Source of the DNA: a virus
DNA length: 64,000 bases
Virus record (IMG/VR): IMGVR_UViG_3300047471_000466
Location: 15,248-79,247 of that record
Reading direction: 5' to 3' (one strand)
The notes beneath the pieces were generated by a model. It ran no database searches. It saw only the letters and a program-made list of their open reading frames with translations, and was not told the origin of the DNA. Every line of letters starts with the position of its first letter. The stretch's first letter is position 1. The translations under genes were made by a program, and so were the position numbers. Positions 60,001 through 64,000 of this stretch are shown piece by piece.

Positions 60001-60140
60001 GCCTTGCGGCTATCCCGACGCACAACCAGAATTCGATCTCGAAGATTAGGTGTGGGAAACTCGGTAGAATTGGGCTTCCCTACAATAGCCAAGCTACCGC
60101 CTACATAAGATCGTTGAGGTTGGGATTTAGGGTCGGCCAT
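57009..60140 (-). CDS. Large tail structural protein with internal tandem repeats of about 125-130 aa
   Basis: Recurring Y.LT...Q..T..E....G.Q..LGNN.S...IPD..P..F...P...LGTG...Q..EF unit. Confidence 0.7.
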   Translation of the reverse strand: MADPKSQPQRSYVGGSLAIVGKPNSTEFPTPNLRDRILVVRRDSRKAGYKVPLQGSKYDGPNAEKFCDFKFATIKSLDQIGWENWYYVNERRNQNAYNFEISYPYASKDYPTITRTYVFLRGDQRSKEPDADTMDPVYGDLFLTDHKVIRLQQPELDALFVGIQRTYERLPGPIIISDQTNQFQQEVTVAEQEDIAPDFPVVTALTESAKLERKTTAKAKTTNATVDSVFPETAYKVSRDDAVVPYRHRKFLGALPSVQISQTLAGQAHVPSLADVNWDASDHQTTLYKHQVSTTSRFLVAPIALLEYRLTPEQQLSTTTETWARGLQSFTPSPLLIEADVIQLGNNESIKSVTTIPDVFPQVVYEAEIPDPVPLKFKVAIPVFATTYTSTGAAAPPALGTGELMRRDEQTKEFWHRLMIKGRDIGQLPRSLVSYELTPEQQVATVTEVLAAGLQTLSPNELLLKGSVDNLGNNTSLKSTTTTVDVFDRREFTVSIPDFLPERFRVAVPVTESSATLPSPNPVTIPVLGTGDLEAKVTQEKEFWKRVSLKTRGNVVRTVLVSYKMTRDKQIETVVETFNSGIQTISPNALTIEADVTNLGNNTSLSNVGTVQNLFTEPSFEVTIPDLVPPEFKASVPTRITESLIPGNAALPILGTGDISHTEKQVNEFVYRDRLETRSGISLPKTFVNLELTKEFGGGDTNILRTLALGSQSLDEGLVVLRSEVKDLGNGMSLKETQQLNGLGWPALPSLLWDDNMRVQYSETKQVVPKGTAPSSDTGYAGLSEVKSIDTWRSLLTTTNKPARYYSVDTALITREFRPYRFPGYLQFSGTGYYTRAATAVLVEHVIRTWWVNSSSTPTITYDRIVTGDVIINNLALTGLEYARNVLHDGFSFGILSYPATTPSASEYTGALNGLAPGNYQIASLYTPGSAGGYTAGETITVSDGRGHTMQTTVLSVYDVGTIHGIIGSLSANGTGNFPPGGYGPFPGSGGSGQGALFNVSAFNIPAFVGGPWIGTLRIIDASVVPEKEPNMWKCQTKSVVMQ

Positions 60141-60306
60141 TACCTGAACAGCTTACCTAAATATCGTCAATTGTCTATTTTAACGTCCCAAGGGGTGTCG
60201 TCTATTGTAACAGTCTTGGCGAGGACAGGCTTCTTAGCTTTCGCGAATTTAACCTTGCGCTTGTAGTGCTTCTTATCTTTCTTTCGCCAAGGGCGAATTT
60301 TGTTAC

Positions 60307-60720
60307 TCATACTGGTATTAACACAGAGCCAAATTTTGCTCTATGGGATTTTTGATAATCGCTGGGCATCCATACAGACATATCAGATAGGTCGAATATT
60401 AGTCCCTGAACTACCACAACAACATGATGATTAAAACGACTGCCGCTCTTCCAATCAACGGAGAGTATTCCTTCATCTTTGTCAAAATTACAAACTCGTT
60501 TCTTCTTTAGAGTGCAGCCTAGTTGTTTGGCTATTCGAACTATCTCTGATAAATACAGTCCGGTCTCATGCGGGAAGCACCCAACAGGTCTTTTTCGGCT
60601 TGCTTCCGACAACACATCTTCGTATCGATAGCCGGTTATAGAAGCGATACAGGCCAGTCCACAATCTTCACCTCTTTGCATTTCTAATTTTAATAGAGGA
60701 AAAGCTGGGGGCTTTTTCAT
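60307..60720 (-). CDS. C39-like cysteine peptidase
   Basis: QRGEDCGLACIASITG, HHVVVV, IFD catalytic pattern. Confidence 0.7.
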   Translation of the reverse strand: MKKPPAFPLLKLEMQRGEDCGLACIASITGYRYEDVLSEASRKRPVGCFPHETGLYLSEIVRIAKQLGCTLKKKRVCNFDKDEGILSVDWKSGSRFNHHVVVVVQGLIFDLSDMSVWMPSDYQKSHRAKFGSVLIPV

Positions 60721-61208
60721 GAGACATATTTAGCCCCGCCCACAATCCGATAGGAAAATCCTTCACCACTCCATTCATTCGCCACTTTCCGCGGATCAAA
60801 ATCCGGCTCAAAATGCAATACAAAGTTAGGATTCAAGTCGAGTGCATGACTGGGATACCGTGAAACATCTGGTCCGTTATCGATGAGTATTCCTTCCACA
60901 GCGGTTTCCTCGCCTTCCGTTTCTTTCCACACTTTGATCGTTGTCTTCCAAGGAATATGCGGCCCCGTAAATGCCAAAGGCGATCCTCGGGTTGCGGCTT
61001 CCGTGCTGCGGATAGGCAAGGCTACTCCCATCGGATAGGCGTCGGCGGTAGGATAGCCGTGGTTGAGAACCCCGCTTTCGGTTTGTCCGTTGTCGCCAGA
61101 ATCAAACAGGCCTCCGAAGCAAGTGGCGCGGATATTCCGCACCACAAGATCGTCACCATCAACTTCTACTATCCACGGTATGCCTGGTTTTTGAATTGTG
61201 TAACTCAT
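60717..61208 (-). CDS. Probable endolysin, RlpA/double-psi beta-barrel type
   Basis: ATCFGG..D.GDNG.TESG, GVALP, LIDNGP, ALDL; lies after the holin candidate. Confidence 0.6.
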   Translation of the reverse strand: MSYTIQKPGIPWIVEVDGDDLVVRNIRATCFGGLFDSGDNGQTESGVLNHGYPTADAYPMGVALPIRSTEAATRGSPLAFTGPHIPWKTTIKVWKETEGEETAVEGILIDNGPDVSRYPSHALDLNPNFVLHFEPDFDPRKVANEWSGEGFSYRIVGGAKYVS

Positions 61209-61570
61209 TTGTCTTTATCATTAATTACTTTCGTGATTTCTTGAGCAAGGTTCGCGGTTAAACTGGTGGACTGCGACCACGAAAAGAACGTCAGTCCGGT
61301 CACAAGAAAAACTACCATCGCACTTATCGCGTACATGGCGGATTGAGTGATTGATGTAAAGGCCACTATCGCGGCATCGTCGTGCAAAGCAGTAAGACTA
61401 TAGATGTGATTCACCGCCCAGCGCCAGTGTAAAGAAATTAGAGAAATGCCGAATAGACTGAGAATTACTCTACGCCAAGTTCTATGAACCGGCTTAACAA
61501 CAGGTGTAACAACCGGCGCAACGACGACAGCGGGGGGCGGCTCACAACGAGGTTTAAACCAGCATCTCAT
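61205..61570 (-). CDS. Holin-like membrane protein
   Basis: Two TM segments and a charged C-terminus; directly upstream of the endolysin. Confidence 0.55.
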   Translation of the reverse strand: MRCWFKPRCEPPPAVVVAPVVTPVVKPVHRTWRRVILSLFGISLISLHWRWAVNHIYSLTALHDDAAIVAFTSITQSAMYAISAMVVFLVTGLTFFSWSQSTSLTANLAQEITKVINDKDK

Positions 61571-61571
61571 T

Positions 61572-62051
61572 TTACGGAATTTTCGCTGCGACTTGTGCCC
61601 CGATAATTGATAGTCGCCCAGTGAATTTTAAGAAAGCAAAAATACCACAGGCGAGAATACCGAGGCCTAACATAACCCATGCGCCCCACCAATGTAGGCG
61701 GTACCACCAGAGAGCTTTCGCGGCTTTGTCGAGTTTATCCTGTGTAGAGTTTAGTTTGTCGGTTTGATCCTGAACTTGTTTCTGAAGAATGCCGTTTTGA
61801 ACTGTGGCGTTGGACAAAGCCGCCGCGGTCTGAACTAAGACTTTGTCCTGAGTGACGATGTGAATTTGCTGGTCGTCGAACTTCTGTTGTAATTCGAAGT
61901 GTAGCTGATCTCTACTTTGGATAGTTTTCTCAATGTCGGCTTTGGGAATCTTTGAAAGCTCCGCCCTAGAAATACCAAATGGGATCGGCGTAGGCGAAGG
62001 GGTCGCAAATAGTAAAGTCGCTGTGGCAAATAGAATTATGAGAGCTTTCAT
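61572..62051 (-). CDS. Spanin-like coiled-coil protein with signal peptide and C-terminal TM
   Basis: Start revised to MKALIILFATATLLFA (ATGA overlap); Q/K-rich coiled coil; C-terminal hydrophobic helix. Confidence 0.5.
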   Translation of the reverse strand: MKALIILFATATLLFATPSPTPIPFGISRAELSKIPKADIEKTIQSRDQLHFELQQKFDDQQIHIVTQDKVLVQTAAALSNATVQNGILQKQVQDQTDKLNSTQDKLDKAAKALWWYRLHWWGAWVMLGLGILACGIFAFLKFTGRLSIIGAQVAAKIP

Positions 62052-62308
62052 TCTCCTGGATGTGTTTCGTACCAACGGTCGATTAAAATATCTTTATCGT
62101 GAATACGTTGTTCCAACGTTCGAGCTTGCGCGTTCCCTTGACCGAGAGCTTGGTTTTCATTTCGAGCAGAAGTCACGCCGGATTGGGCGCGATTGATTCC
62201 TGCCTGAACCGCGGCAGTAGAGGGAGCCTGAACATGGGCATGAGATTGTACACAACTAGTTGAAAATAAGGCAGTTGCTACTGCACTTAGAATAGCTTTT
62301 AGATTCAT
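62048..62308 (-). CDS. Lipoprotein, o-spanin-like
   Basis: MNLKAILSAVATALFSTSC lipobox followed by a short coiled coil. Confidence 0.55.
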   Translation of the reverse strand: MNLKAILSAVATALFSTSCVQSHAHVQAPSTAAVQAGINRAQSGVTSARNENQALGQGNAQARTLEQRIHDKDILIDRWYETHPGE

Positions 62309-62356
62309 TGCTTCCTTAAATTACTATGGCAGGGCGACAATGCAACCAAAGAAATT

Positions 62357-63100
62357 TTAGGCTACGAATATTCCGACGTTACCGGCAGGGTGTTGTCGAA
62401 CTCGGAAGTAACTATCGCGTTGCGGGGTGGAGGTTCCCGCGCTCATGGTCTGTCGAAGCCTCACATTTCCCGCCCCGTTTTGTTCGATGAAAGCGGTAAT
62501 CTTATGGTAGTGGTTAGCGGCGGTTAAAGAACCTGAAACGGGCAAGGCTTGCGTGGTTGTCGTGCTGGCAAGAATACCTGCGCTAGTAGACGCTCCTTGT
62601 GTCCCAAAACCGGCTATCGGAGTTGCATTCCAGTTTGCTACCAAATTAGTTAGCGTGCCGGTGTTTGTAAGTGTCCAAGTAGAGGTTCCGCCGGTAGCGA
62701 CGATGAAATAACAATGCCACTCGATTTCATATATCCCACCAGCAAGAAGGGGGATACCATCATTTGTACCAAAGAAATCTGCAATAGTGGAGATTGCGGA
62801 ACCTGCCGCGGTTAGTTTAAAGAATTGAAAGGAATCGTTAACTCTACGACCAGTAGTCGCATCCGCCGTATTGTAGAAAGCCAGTCCGTCAAATTCCGTA
62901 GCACCTACCGCAGGAGTTGTTAAATTTGTTCCGGCTACATAAAGAAGCGGAGCTTGAGACGTAGTTCCTGCGTCTAGCGTCCTCGTTATAATGGTGTCAG
63001 ACTTATCAGGTAAATTGAGGGTTCTGTCCGCGGACTCGTTAGTCTGTAATGTGGTAGTTCCTGAAGAACCCACCGATGTAAATTTAGCATTTCCCGCCAT
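62357..63100 (-). CDS. Tail fibre/appendage protein
   Basis: T/G/A-rich; ADRTLNLPDKSDT and GATEFDG fibre-type segments; promoter TTGACG-N17-TAAGAT 7 nt upstream. Confidence 0.65.
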   Translation of the reverse strand: MAGNAKFTSVGSSGTTTLQTNESADRTLNLPDKSDTIITRTLDAGTTSQAPLLYVAGTNLTTPAVGATEFDGLAFYNTADATTGRRVNDSFQFFKLTAAGSAISTIADFFGTNDGIPLLAGGIYEIEWHCYFIVATGGTSTWTLTNTGTLTNLVANWNATPIAGFGTQGASTSAGILASTTTTQALPVSGSLTAANHYHKITAFIEQNGAGNVRLRQTMSAGTSTPQRDSYFRVRQHPAGNVGIFVA

Positions 63101-63157
63101 ACAAGCTATCTTAATTCACCACAACCTCTTCGTCAAACTCCGAGAACTAAAACGAAT

Positions 63158-64000
63158 TTAAGTTTGTTTTGTTACAACCATTTGCGAGCCTGCGTAAATA
63201 GTAATTATGCCCACTGATGAGCCGCTTCCAAGACTAACACGTATTGTTATATTTCCGGGATTCGCGCCCGTTTTTACAGAAGCCCCGTATCCGATACAGC
63301 AAAAATCAGTTCCTGCGGTCACGCCATAATTTTGTGTACCAGAGGCCCCTAAAACTCCACTGGAAGAAGTTAAGGATCCGCTACCCGAATGACCAAAGGC
63401 TCCCCAACTACCGATAGCTCCCGCGGCGCTAAAATAAAGACCAAAATTTACTCCGGCGATAGAGCTACATTGACCAAAAATTGACCAAGTAATATAATAT
63501 AAACTATTGGCTGCCGCGGCTATACTAAGACCAGTGATGTCTATAACACTATTGGTTTGCCAAATAAAGTTACTGGGAACCTTAACTGTATTAATTGAGG
63601 CTACAGGAACCGCTTGCGTTGGGGCCTCGATAAACAACGAGCTTCCATTCGGAACAGTCAACGCCGCGCCAGCGTTCATCTGGATAAAGTCGGCGAGCAC
63701 TAAACTAGAAGTCGCCCCAAGAGTAAGATCGGAAGTGTAAACTTTGTTGTCGTATCCACTGCCTGCTCCCGAAGCTCCTGTTGGCCCAGTAGGACCGGTT
63801 GGTCCGGTAGCCCCCGTAGTTCCAGACCCTGTGGCTCCTGTGGCTCCTGTGGCTCCTGTGGCTCCTGTGGCTCCTGTGGCTCCTGTGGCTCCTGTAGTAC
63901 CCGCGCCTGTCGCGCCAGTTGCACCGGTCGGGCCGGTGGCTCCTGTCGCGCCAGCAGAACCCGCATCACCTGTGGCTCCTGTGGCTCCTGTGGCTCCTGT
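63158..64000 (-). CDS. Second collagen-like fibre protein (5'-truncated by window edge)
   Basis: The frame of 63158..63700 stays open to 64000 and reads [25 protein letters not shown]...; the C-terminal domain is BclA-C-like. Confidence 0.85.
   Translation of the reverse strand, partial: TGATGATGATGDAGSAGATGATGPTGATGATGAGTTGATGATGATGATGATGATGATGSGTTGATGPTGPTGPTGASGAGSGYDNKVYTSDLTLGATSSLVLADFIQMNAGAALTVPNGSSLFIEAPTQAVPVASINTVKVPSNFIWQTNSVIDITGLSIAAAANSLYYITWSIFGQCSSIAGVNFGLYFSAAGAIGSWGAFGHSGSGSLTSSSGVLGASGTQNYGVTAGTDFCCIGYGASVKTGANPGNITIRVSLGSGSSVGIITIYAGSQMVVTKQT
63828..63895. repeat. Perfect 9-bp tandem repeat (cctgtggct)x7.5 in the collagen gene
   Basis: Seven identical copies plus a partial; at least three more at 63969-64000. 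Confidence 0.9.

Overview
A 64-kb segment of a dsDNA tailed-phage genome, probably podovirus-like; portal, large terminase and major capsid genes are not in the window. 1-19.3 kb (+): glycosyltransferases and a replication/nucleotide module (SF2 helicase, Cas4-like nuclease, SSB-like protein, dNMP kinase, family A DNA polymerase, HNH nuclease, NDT-like protein, primase-helicase, MazG, class II B12-dependent RNR), then a DUF707-like + GT75/RGP-like pair. 19.3-23.5 kb (mixed strands): accessory virion proteins, an esterase and a GT-B glycosyltransferase. 23.5-42.5 kb (+): an early-type region that opens with about 3.3 kb of mostly non-coding, densely base-paired sequence, followed by many small ORFs separated by recurring internal-loop hairpins, rIIA/rIIB, a DNA glycosylase, a GP88-like protein and a C5-methyltransferase. 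42.7-64 kb (-): virion and lysis genes (2461-aa ejection-type protein, two Gly-X-Thr collagen-like proteins, Cys-rich paralogues, atypical lysis cassette). The two strongest candidates for an undescribed system are (i) an island of large + strand structured RNAs, including an ~850-nt element, whose long-range closing helices compete with local hairpins, and (ii) a glycosylation toolkit with eukaryote-like members (PLOD-type GT, GT2-TPR, DUF707, GT75) co-encoded with Thr-rich collagen fibres. All family assignments come from motif recognition by eye and all RNA pairings were checked by hand; no database search or folding program was run.
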